The notes below the pieces were generated by a model that made no database searches, was not told the origin of the DNA, and saw nothing but the letters and a program-made list of their open reading frames with translations. Made by a program: the position numbers and the translations under genes. 32,000 nt of DNA from contig NC_013202.1 in NCBI RefSeq assembly GCF_000023965.1, positions 1 to 32,000 of the forward strand, given 5' to 3'. The stretch's first letter is position 1; each line of letters starts with the position of its first letter. Source of the stretch: Halomicrobium mukohataei DSM 12286. GTDB lineage: Archaea > Halobacteriota > Halobacteria > Halobacteriales > Haloarculaceae. Of the stretch, positions 24,302-32,000 are shown in pieces.

Positions 24302-26161
24302 ATGACAGCGACGCAAGGGAACCTCGCGGGGCTCTCGCGCTTTATCTTTCGGGCCCCTCGCTGGTACACGAGCGTGACGTTCGCGCTGGTGCTGGCGGCC
24401 GTCACTGGCATCGCCGCCTTCGACTCGCGGTTCGTCCTCGACGACGCCTGGCAGGGCGTGTTCTTCGTGGGGATTCCGACCGTCCTCGCGAGTGTCGGCA
24501 CGGCCTACGTCGACAACGCCCTGGGCGGGCAGCTGACGCCCAACCGCGCGTCGCTGCTGGCGCTGTTTTGCGAGCTGATCGTCATCGCCTTCGTCGTCGG
24601 TGCCGGCGTCGTCTCGGTGCTGACGGCCTTCGACCAGGAGTTCGTCCTCGATTCGCTGCTGGTGAGTCTCGCCGCGATCTTCGCGTTCCGTCTGCTGGTC
24701 GTGATCGCCGTCTCCCGGAGTTCGCTCCCGGTCGCAGCGATCGCTGCGAGCATCCAGCCGGCCGCGGCGGCCGCGCTACTTGCGGTATACACGGGCACGA
24801 CTTCGGCGCTGCTGGACGATCCGACGCTCCGGCGGTTCCTCTCGCGACCGGATCAGGCCCCGCCGGAGCTACAGTTCCTCCAGCCGGTCGACTTCGGCGT
24901 GCTGGCGCTGATGTGCGTGCTGTACGCCGGTGCAGTGTGGCTCTTTCTCGTGTTGCTGGATCGCCCGTGGCGCTCCAGTCTGGGCGTCTCGGTGCTCGAT
25001 TTCATCCAGGGCTTCATCGGGCACATCGCCGAGGGGAGCCGCGAACTGGAGGACTTCTTCGAGGAACTCGGCGAGGAAGCGCTCGTTCCGGTGACAGTGC
25101 TGTCGGTTCGCCGCCCGGACGGCGAGGAGAAAGCCCGCTTCGTCCTCCCGATGATCCACCCGGGTCCGATGGGCGAGATCGGTGGCGGAAACCTCCCCAA
25201 ACGAGTCGCTACCGAGGCCGACGGACTCGCCTTCCCGCCCCACGCCACGGCTGGCCACGACTTCAACCTCGTCACCGAACGCGAGGTCGACTCGATCCTC
25301 TCGGCGGCGCGGTCGGCCTATCGAGAGCTCGAATTCACCGACCGGGCGACGGCGAGCCGCCGGGTGGAGGAGGGGGACGCGTCGCTGCTGGGACAGGCCA
25401 TCGGCGACGACGCCGTGATCGTCTCGACGTTCGCGCCGGGGTTCGCCGACGACGTGGAGTACGCCGTCGGCCTCTCGGCGGCTGCCGAAGCCCGTGCGGG
25501 CTCGCTGGACGAGATCCTGCTGGTCGACGCCCACAACAGCAACGACGGTCTGGAAGGCGAGGACCTGGGCCACGTCGTCCCCGGCAGCGAGCGCTCCTTC
25601 GACATGATCGACGGAGCCGGGAAGCTCGGCGCGGAACTGGCCGCCGCCGACCGGGGCCAGCTACGCTGTGGAGTCGCCTGGGACGAGACGCCCTGGGAAC
25701 CCCAGGAGGGGATCGGCCCGCTGGGGATCCGCGTCGCCGTGTTCGAGGTCGAGGGAACCAGAACCGCCTACGTCCTGATCGACGGCAACAACATGGAACC
25801 GGGGCTGCGAGGCGACATTCTCGCCGCGCTCGACGGCATCGACGACGCCGAGGTGATGACGACCGACACCCACATCGTCAACACCGTCGAGGCGGAGAAC
25901 CAGGTCGGCAGCTCGATTCCCGACGACGAGCTGATCGCGCTGATCGCCGAGCTGACCGAGCAGGCGATCGACGACATCGAACCCGTCGAGGCGGGGATGG
26001 CCAGCGAGAAAGCGACCGTCACCGTCTTCGGGAACGACCGGACCGAGACGCTCGCCTCGACGGCCAACGCCGTCGTCTCGCTGGGCGGCGCGCTCGCGGT
26101 GACGTTCATCCTCACCGTCTTGACGGTCAGTATCGGGATCTTCCTCGTGACCGGCGGGTAG
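24302..26161 (+). CDS. Large archaeal membrane protein (DUF2070-like): N-terminal multi-transmembrane region, soluble domain, C-terminal transmembrane helix
   Basis: About six N-terminal hydrophobic helices. A soluble region contains PMIHPGPMGEIGGGNLP and THIVNTVE. The family name is from memory. Confidence 0.7.
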   Translation: MTATQGNLAGLSRFIFRAPRWYTSVTFALVLAAVTGIAAFDSRFVLDDAWQGVFFVGIPTVLASVGTAYVDNALGGQLTPNRASLLALFCELIVIAFVVGAGVVSVLTAFDQEFVLDSLLVSLAAIFAFRLLVVIAVSRSSLPVAAIAASIQPAAAAALLAVYTGTTSALLDDPTLRRFLSRPDQAPPELQFLQPVDFGVLALMCVLYAGAVWLFLVLLDRPWRSSLGVSVLDFIQGFIGHIAEGSRELEDFFEELGEEALVPVTVLSVRRPDGEEKARFVLPMIHPGPMGEIGGGNLPKRVATEADGLAFPPHATAGHDFNLVTEREVDSILSAARSAYRELEFTDRATASRRVEEGDASLLGQAIGDDAVIVSTFAPGFADDVEYAVGLSAAAEARAGSLDEILLVDAHNSNDGLEGEDLGHVVPGSERSFDMIDGAGKLGAELAAADRGQLRCGVAWDETPWEPQEGIGPLGIRVAVFEVEGTRTAYVLIDGNNMEPGLRGDILAALDGIDDAEVMTTDTHIVNTVEAENQVGSSIPDDELIALIAELTEQAIDDIEPVEAGMASEKATVTVFGNDRTETLASTANAVVSLGGALAVTFILTVLTVSIGIFLVTGG

Positions 26162-26321
26162 GAACTATTATAGCGGCGTCGCGTATTAGGTGATAGATAC
26201 GGTCGAAGGATGACCCGGTAACGCTCTTCTCGGGCCGGCGTGCCCGCCACGGTCAGCGTCTCGACGCGTCGCCAGCCCCGGCTACGGCGACAGCGACACC
26301 GCGATACACGACCAGCCATCG

Positions 26322-28106
26322 ATGTCACTACCCGACCACGCAGACAGAGACGAACAGTACACCTGGGAGACCGGTCAGATCTTCGCGACGCCCGCAGAAT
26401 GGGATCGGTACCGAGCGGAGCTGCAGGCCGACCTCGACGCGGCCGATCCACCCGCCGCCCCGATCGAATCGACGGCCGCGGCGCGCGAGCTCGTCGACAC
26501 GGTCGCCGACTGGTACCAACGCATCCAGCGACTCGAACTGTACGCGACGCTCCGGGACTGCATCACGGACGACCCGGCGGCGAGCGATCGAGGCGGGACC
26601 GCACGCAGCCTCTCGACGCGAGTCGAGACGGCCGTCGGCGAGCACCTCGACCGGCTGCACAGCACAGACGCCGTGACGCTCGATCGGATCGAAGAGGCAC
26701 TCGGAGAGCGACGGCGCTACTTCGCATCGCTCCGTGCGCGGGCCGCTCGCCGTCGATCGCCGGCGGTCGAGGCCGTCGTCGAGCAGTTCGCCGAACAGTG
26801 TTCCAGCGCCGACCGGATCGTCCGGGCCGTCAAGAACGACGACTTCGACGCCCCGACCGTCGAGACGCCCGACGGCGACGAGCGAACCGTCACGCTGGGC
26901 CGGTACGCGACCGAGCTCGCCGCTTCCGACCGCGACTATCGGCGGCGAGTGTACGAGTCCTCGCTGGATGGGCTCGCCACGTTCGAGGGGACGCTGGCGA
27001 CGGCCTACGACGAGAAGCTCACGGCCGCCAGCACGTCCGCCGACGCCGTCGGCATCGACTCGATCCGGGAGCGACAGTTGACGAATCGCTCGTACCCGGA
27101 GGGCGGTATCGAGTTTCAGTTCCCGACGGCGCTGCACGACCGGCTGATCGACGCCGTCGGCGACGCGACGGGGCCCCGAGAGCGCGCTCGCGAGCGCCGC
27201 GCCCGACGGCTGGGGATCGACGCCGTTCGACCGTGGGACACCCAGGTCTCAGTCGCCGACGCCCCCGAACCCGAGATCGAGTACGAGGCCGCCGTCGGAC
27301 ACGTCGTCGACGCCGTCGCACCCCTCGGCGAGGCGTACCAGGAGCGCGCCCGCCGGTTCTTCGCGCAACGGCGCGTCGACGTGTACGAGTGTGCGGACAA
27401 ACGCAGCGACATCCCCGCGTTCTGCCCCTCCTCGGCCGAAGACGGTGCCTTCGTGCTCCTGAACTTCCAGCGGGACGTGCGAACGGTGTTTCACCTCTGT
27501 CACGAACTCGGCCACGCGCTCCACGTCGAGCACCACCGTGAGGGGCCCGCGATGTACGCTACCGGCCCGCGCCCGATCTCGGAGGTGCCGAGCGTCCTCC
27601 ACGAGGTGTTGCTGACCGAGCACCTCGCCCAGCAGAACGGACCACTGGCCGCCCACGCCCGCGAGCGACTGCTGCAGTCACTCGAAATGCTGCTGTACGA
27701 GCAGGCCGCGAACGCGGCGTTCAAGCGTCGCCTCGCCGCGACCGTCGACGGCGGGGAGCGCCTCACCGCCGACCGGATCGCCGACGCCTACCGCGAGACA
27801 CTGGCGCGGTTCGACCCCGCGCTCGAACCGTGTGACCGGACACGGTTCGAGTGGCTCACCGGGGCGCTGTTCCGCGACGCCTTCCACCACTACCAGTACG
27901 TTCTGGGTGCCGTCGGCGCGCTCCACGTCCGCGAGTCGCTCCGAGACGGACGCCTCGATCCCGCGACCTACCGAGAGTTCCTCCGCTCGACGGGACGAGA
28001 CGACCCCGTGTCGCTGTTCGAACGACTGGGCGTGGATCTGACGACGAGTGCGCCCTACGAGCGGGCGGCGCAGGCGTTCGAGGGATATCTGGATCGCTGG
28101 ACGTAG
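26322..28106 (+). CDS. pepF: Oligoendopeptidase F family metallopeptidase (M3B)
   Basis: HELGHALH zinc-binding HEXXH motif in a context and protein length (594 aa) typical of PepF. Confidence 0.85.
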   Translation: MSLPDHADRDEQYTWETGQIFATPAEWDRYRAELQADLDAADPPAAPIESTAAARELVDTVADWYQRIQRLELYATLRDCITDDPAASDRGGTARSLSTRVETAVGEHLDRLHSTDAVTLDRIEEALGERRRYFASLRARAARRRSPAVEAVVEQFAEQCSSADRIVRAVKNDDFDAPTVETPDGDERTVTLGRYATELAASDRDYRRRVYESSLDGLATFEGTLATAYDEKLTAASTSADAVGIDSIRERQLTNRSYPEGGIEFQFPTALHDRLIDAVGDATGPRERARERRARRLGIDAVRPWDTQVSVADAPEPEIEYEAAVGHVVDAVAPLGEAYQERARRFFAQRRVDVYECADKRSDIPAFCPSSAEDGAFVLLNFQRDVRTVFHLCHELGHALHVEHHREGPAMYATGPRPISEVPSVLHEVLLTEHLAQQNGPLAAHARERLLQSLEMLLYEQAANAAFKRRLAATVDGGERLTADRIADAYRETLARFDPALEPCDRTRFEWLTGALFRDAFHHYQYVLGAVGALHVRESLRDGRLDPATYREFLRSTGRDDPVSLFERLGVDLTTSAPYERAAQAFEGYLDRWT

Positions 28107-28155
28107 GCCGACGACTCCCACAGCGCTCGCTGGAAGAGCTCTGTTCGCAGAGAAA

Positions 28156-28241
28156 CGCCGAGGGAGAGATTTGAACTCTCGTGTCCTGAACGGACAGTTG
28201 CTCTCGAAGCAACCGCCTTGGCCGGGCTAGGCTACCTCGGC
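28156..28241 (-). tRNA. tRNA-Ser (anticodon CGA), type II with a long variable arm; CCA not encoded
   Basis: My manual fold: acceptor GCCGAGG/CCUCGGC; D arm GCC..GGC; anticodon stem GUUGC/GCAAC with loop UUCGAGA; variable arm GUCC-GUUCA-GGAC; T arm GAGAG-UUCAAAU-CUCUC; discriminator G. Confidence 0.85.
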
Positions 28242-28266
28242 TCACTTCATCGTAGCGCGATGTGCT

Positions 28267-28273
28267 CTTTATC
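28267..28273 (-). promoter_or_regulatory. TATA-like box (GATAAAG on the minus strand) 26 nt upstream of the tRNA-Ser 5' end
   Basis: Read directly from the sequence. Confidence 0.4.
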
Positions 28274-28334
28274 GGTTTCGGTTCGGGCCGGGAGTGACAA
28301 CCGTTGGACAGCGCCATCCCGATGCCTCCGACAG

Positions 28335-28341
28335 TAATATT
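28335..28341 (+). promoter_or_regulatory. TATA-like box TAATATT 24 nt upstream of the MoxR ATG; a GGAGG Shine-Dalgarno-like motif also precedes that ATG
   Basis: Read directly from the sequence. Confidence 0.4.
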
Positions 28342-28364
28342 GCGTGTGGCTGACAGAGGAGGGC

Positions 28365-29321
28365 ATGAACGTGACAGAAGCCAGCGACGTGTGTTCGCGG
28401 GTGTTAGACGAGATCGGATCGGCGGTGATCGGCGAGCGAGCGTTCTTCGAGACCGTCCTGCTGGGGGTCGTCGGCCGCGGTCACGTGCTGCTGGAGGACG
28501 TACCCGGCACCGGCAAGACGCTGACGGCACAGACGATGGCCCAGACGCTTGGCCTCTCCTTCTCGCGGATCCAGTTCACTCCCGACCTGCTGCCGGCAGA
28601 CATCACCGGGACCCACGTCTTCGACGAGCGCGAGCGGAGCTTCGAGTTCAACGAGGGGCCGATCTTCGCCAACGTCGTCCTGGCCGACGAGATCAACCGC
28701 GCACCGCCAAAGACCCAGTCGGCGCTGCTGGAGGCCATGGAGGAAGGTCAGGTCACCGTCGACGGCGACACCTACGAGCTGCCACGGCCCTTCTTCGTCA
28801 TCGCGACCCAGAACCCGGTCGAGATGGAGGGCACCTTCGAGCTGCCCGAGGCGCAGGTCGATCGCTTCCTCGCGAAGACCTCGATCGGCTATCCCGACGA
28901 GGACGGCGAGTTCGAGTTGCTCCAGCGTCGGGCCGGCCGCGTCGAGCAGAGCCCCTCCGTCGAGACGGTGCTGTCGCCCGAGGACGTCGACGAACTGCGA
29001 GCGCTGCCCGAGTCGATCACCGTCGAGGACGACGTGTTGCGCTACGTCTCCAACGTCGCACGGGCGACGCGAGAGCACCGCCACGTGGACGTAGGCGTCT
29101 CGCCCCGTGGCACCCAGCGACTCTTCGAGGCGGTCCGCGCCCGAGCGCTGATCCGCGGTCGGGAGTTCGTGACGCCCGACGACGTGAAGGCCGTCGCACA
29201 GCCGGTGCTGGCCCATCGAGTCGTGCTGACGCCGGAGGCCCGCGTCGAGAACGTCGCCGAGGCGGCCGTCGTCGAGAGCGTGCTGGACGACGTGCCCGTG
29301 CCGACCGTGGCTCGCCAGTAG
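28365..29321 (+). CDS. MoxR-family AAA+ ATPase
   Basis: Walker A LEDVPGTGKT and Walker B VLADEINRAPPKTQSALLEAMEE, then TVDGDTYELPRPFFVIATQNP. I prefer the ATG at 28365 to the GTG at 28344. Confidence 0.9.
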   Translation: MNVTEASDVCSRVLDEIGSAVIGERAFFETVLLGVVGRGHVLLEDVPGTGKTLTAQTMAQTLGLSFSRIQFTPDLLPADITGTHVFDERERSFEFNEGPIFANVVLADEINRAPPKTQSALLEAMEEGQVTVDGDTYELPRPFFVIATQNPVEMEGTFELPEAQVDRFLAKTSIGYPDEDGEFELLQRRAGRVEQSPSVETVLSPEDVDELRALPESITVEDDVLRYVSNVARATREHRHVDVGVSPRGTQRLFEAVRARALIRGREFVTPDDVKAVAQPVLAHRVVLTPEARVENVAEAAVVESVLDDVPVPTVARQ

Positions 29322-29323
29322 CG

Positions 29324-29845
29324 TCACCGGTCGAGCGCGTAGGTAAACAGCAGTGCCGCGCCGAGCAACAGGACGATCGCGGTCGTGGGCTGTCCGGTGC
29401 TCGCGGCGTCGTAGACGACGTAGCCCACGACCGCGACCACGGAAGCGACCGCGACCGTCACGCCCACGTGTGCGAGCTGGGCACGCGTCGAGACCGCCGC
29501 GTGTCCGAGTTGCCGACCGAGGCCGATACCGTGCTCGCCCGCGTCCCACGCGACGACCGCCGCCCCCGCAGCGACCAGCATCGGGACGGGCGAACTCCCC
29601 GCGACGCCGGCCAGCAGGACGGCCCCGAACAGCCCCGCGGAGCCGATCCGGTGGAGCACTCGCGAGCCCCGACGCACGCCGATCGGGACCACGACGAGGC
29701 CGCACAGCCCGACGGCACCGGCGAGGGGCGTCGTCGCGCTGACCAGCACGGTCACGAGCGCGGCGGCGACCGCGACCGCGACCGAGGCCGTACCGGGTCG
29801 CGCGTCGATGGACTCCGCGTCGGCGTCGGTGGTGCGCGTGCTCAT
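29324..29845 (-). CDS. Polytopic membrane protein, last gene of the DUF58 operon
   Basis: Ala/Val/Gly-rich hydrophobic helices. Its ATG overlaps the DUF58 gene stop (ATGA). Internal start at 29845 within the listed 308-aa ORF. Confidence 0.6.
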   Translation of the reverse strand: MSTRTTDADAESIDARPGTASVAVAVAAALVTVLVSATTPLAGAVGLCGLVVVPIGVRRGSRVLHRIGSAGLFGAVLLAGVAGSSPVPMLVAAGAAVVAWDAGEHGIGLGRQLGHAAVSTRAQLAHVGVTVAVASVVAVVGYVVYDAASTGQPTTAIVLLLGAALLFTYALDR

Positions 29846-31197
29846 CGCGACCCCCCGTCCCAGCGGGCGAGCGCGTGCGGGAACGGTTCCGTCCCGTCCC
29901 AGTCGACGACCGGGATGTTGCGCTGCCGGAGGTCGGCGATGCGCAGCGACCGCCTGACTCCGGCCAGTCGGTGACCGACGGAGTCGTCGGCCGTCGGGTC
30001 CGGCGAGATCACCGTCGTCCGGTGGCCGTTGGCGTCGAGTCGGATCGCAGAGCCGGCCACGCGATCGTCGGTCAGCGGCGAGAACACGACGATCTGGGCG
30101 TCCGTCGGCGCGCGACGCCTGATCCGCTGGACCGCGGCGTAGAGGGAGGTCTCCGCGTCGGGCCCAGACGGAGAGAGCGCCGGCTCCGTCGAGAGGAACT
30201 CGCGTGCTCGAACGCGGTGTTCGTCCCCGTTGCCCGGCGAGAGCCAACACTCCGTCGGCGACAGCGCCGTCAGCCCCACGTCGTGGCCCGCGTCGGTCAG
30301 CGAGACGTAGGCGTGACCCGCCGCGTCGACGGCCGCGTCGAGCGCCGTCCGGGCCTGTGGCGCTGGGGCGGCGTACGCTGCCTGTCGGGCGTCGACCACC
30401 AGCACGACCGAGACGCTGCGTTCGACCCGGTACTGGACGGTGGTGAGGTCACCAGTCCGGGCGGTGCGGTTCCAGTCGACCCGGTTCAGCGGGTCGCCCG
30501 GCCGGTACTCGCGGGTCGCGTAGAACTCCACGCCGGGCCCGCCGGTGTCCGCCGGGAACCGTCCCGTGTGACGGGTGGTCTGTGACCGCAGCGGAAAGGA
30601 GACGCTCTGGCTCGGCAGCGACGCCTCGCAGTCGACGGTGTCTGGCGCGTCGACCGTGCCGCGTCGCTCCGTGGCTCCGGACGCGTCCCGAGTGAGGATC
30701 GTCGTCGGCTCGAACTCGTGGCGACCCCGCCGAGCCCGCAGCGAGTAGGCGAACGTCGTCTCCTCGCCCGGTCGGAGCGCGGTCGCCAGGCGGGGTGACC
30801 CCTCGGCCACGGTCATCTTCGGCGGGACGCCGTCGACGAGCCGCAGGTCCGGCATCGTCCGGTCGCTCTCGTTGCGCACCGTCACGGTCACCGCGACGGT
30901 GTCGTCGGTGTCGGGAGCGTCGTCGCTGATCGAGCGCTCGACGCTCACCTCGACCGGCGGCGGCGAGGTGACCTGCCCGTAGCCCGCGAAGGCGATCCCG
31001 AAGGCACTGGTCAGCAGGAGGCCGGACTCGCGGGTCAGGACCCCCGCTCCGAGCGCCAGGAGCGCGAAGACGGTGACGGCGTACCACCGCCTCGTCCGGC
31101 GGTCGACGACCGTGCCCGGCTCGATCTCGAACTCGGCCGCTTCGTCGGTCACGTCGGCAGAGCGCGTGGCCGCCGCCGGAATCGAGCTGAACGACAT
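29842..31197 (-). CDS. DUF58 (vWA-like) domain protein with N-terminal transmembrane helices
   Basis: FYATREYRPGDPLNRVDWNRTARTGDLTTVQYRVERSVSVVLVVDAR is the DUF58 signature. This family is a common partner of MoxR ATPases. Confidence 0.85.
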   Translation of the reverse strand: MSFSSIPAAATRSADVTDEAAEFEIEPGTVVDRRTRRWYAVTVFALLALGAGVLTRESGLLLTSAFGIAFAGYGQVTSPPPVEVSVERSISDDAPDTDDTVAVTVTVRNESDRTMPDLRLVDGVPPKMTVAEGSPRLATALRPGEETTFAYSLRARRGRHEFEPTTILTRDASGATERRGTVDAPDTVDCEASLPSQSVSFPLRSQTTRHTGRFPADTGGPGVEFYATREYRPGDPLNRVDWNRTARTGDLTTVQYRVERSVSVVLVVDARQAAYAAPAPQARTALDAAVDAAGHAYVSLTDAGHDVGLTALSPTECWLSPGNGDEHRVRAREFLSTEPALSPSGPDAETSLYAAVQRIRRRAPTDAQIVVFSPLTDDRVAGSAIRLDANGHRTTVISPDPTADDSVGHRLAGVRRSLRIADLRQRNIPVVDWDGTEPFPHALARWDGGSR

Positions 31198-31772
31198 CAG
31201 GCCTCACCACCGTCCTCGACGATGCGGTCGAGCTCTGCGGCCACGCGGCCGGCACGTCGCGGGAACGGCCCCGACCCCCAGAACGTGCCGGTGACGGACT
31301 CGCGCAGCGACGAGCCGGCACCGCTGGCGGACGCGAAGAACTCCGCCGCAAGCTCGTCGTCGGTCCAGGTGCCCGCTTCGAGGCGGCGGCGCGCTTCCGT
31401 CTCGGAGAGCCCACGGTACTGTGTCAGCACCGACAGCGCCGCGTCTTCGAGGTCGCTCCGGACCGCGAGCGCCCGCTGGTCTCCACCGGAGACGCCGAAC
31501 GAGGGGGCCTGCGAGAGTACGGCGTCGAACTCGTCGCCCGGCACGGCGGCCGGCCGGCCACGCTCCGGCTCGGGGAGCGAGCCGGCGTCTGGGTCCCGCC
31601 CGAACCACTGGTAGGCGCGATACAGGCCCGCGAGGACCGCGAGGCCAGCGAGCACCGTCGGGAGCAACGGCGGCAGCGAAACGACGGCGACGGCGTCGGG
31701 AGCGAACGCGAGCACGAGGCCGACGACGGCGGCACCCGTCGCGCCTGCCAACAGGAGCCTGCGGCGGTTCAT
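31197..31772 (-). CDS. Membrane-anchored hypothetical protein in the DUF58 operon
   Basis: Two N-terminal hydrophobic helices. Its start overlaps the upstream gene stop (ATGA) and its stop overlaps the DUF58 start (TGATG). Confidence 0.6.
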   Translation of the reverse strand: MNRRRLLLAGATGAAVVGLVLAFAPDAVAVVSLPPLLPTVLAGLAVLAGLYRAYQWFGRDPDAGSLPEPERGRPAAVPGDEFDAVLSQAPSFGVSGGDQRALAVRSDLEDAALSVLTQYRGLSETEARRRLEAGTWTDDELAAEFFASASGAGSSLRESVTGTFWGSGPFPRRAGRVAAELDRIVEDGGEA

Positions 31773-32000
31773 CGGTCGCCCTCCGAGCGCAGCCGATCCA
31801 GCGCGGACCGCGCGCTCGTCTCGCGCTCGCTGGTCGGCGGGCGCTGGCCGTACCGGACCTCGCGGAAGCGGTCGGTCAGCGTCGCCACGGCGTCTCGGTC
31901 GAAGCCCGCCACCCGCGCACGAGCGGCGATCTCCGCGGGCGTCTGGGTCCGGCGGTCGGCGTCCTCGACCTCGCTCGCAAGCTCCCGCCAGGCCCGATAG
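31769..32000 (-). CDS. 3' end of a DUF4129-like protein gene (partial; continues beyond the window)
   Basis: My manual translation of the minus strand is ...YRAWRELASEVEDADRRTQTPAEIAARARVAGFDRDAVATLTDRFREVRYGQRPPTSERETSARSALDRLRSEGDR*. The TP-E-IA...L...F-EVRYG pattern is typical of DUF4129 C-termini. Confidence 0.55.
   Translation of the reverse strand, partial: YRAWRELASEVEDADRRTQTPAEIAARARVAGFDRDAVATLTDRFREVRYGQRPPTSERETSARSALDRLRSEGDR

Noticed and set aside
1-32000. Scanned for CRISPR arrays, rRNA genes, transposase or integrase genes, and obvious defence-system genes.
   Set aside because: There are no regularly spaced direct repeats, no rRNA-like conserved blocks, and no DDE, tyrosine-recombinase or TnpB-like translations in any frame. 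The only nuclease-like genes (BFN domain and HNH) have no defence-type partners.

Overview
Very GC-rich, densely packed chromosomal segment. It looks haloarchaeal (class Halobacteria): acidic proteomes, a Bat-type PAS/GAF/HTH_10 regulator, a DUF7344-type HTH protein, and TATA-like boxes about 22-28 nt upstream of start codons. Most of the window is housekeeping. It includes scattered pieces of the archaeal exosome/proteasome neighbourhood (pfdB, pcc1-like, rpoP, rpl37ae, truD, psmB, psmA, pth2). It also carries thiamine genes (thi4 and a ThiR-like HTH+ThiN regulator), dcd, a leuA/cimA-family synthase, GMP synthase subunit A, pepF and tRNA-Ser(CGA). At the right edge is a MoxR / DUF58 / DUF4129 module. 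I found no rRNA, CRISPR array or transposase gene. Many long ORFs in the six-frame track are antisense or out-of-frame GC shadows (Arg/Pro/Gly/Ala-rich) and were not called. Several true genes start well inside their listed ORFs. The most unusual feature is a 382-bp non-coding element at 4362-4743, between the nuclease-domain gene and a small orphan ORF. It has 13-bp perfect terminal inverted repeats and symmetric 8-bp flanking direct repeats (GGGCCACA), and its interior is packed with long perfect helices. It is either a MITE-like insertion or an unclassified structured RNA. Secondary observations: near-identical DNA blocks between the two AAA domains of the first gene; operator-like palindromes at thi4 and at the HTH gene; a 16-codon uORF coupled to a UPF0016/Gdt1 transporter gene; a 64-nt hairpin after the histidine kinase gene; and convergent genes with no intergenic spacer. 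All functional calls come from reading the translated sequences by eye; no searches were run.
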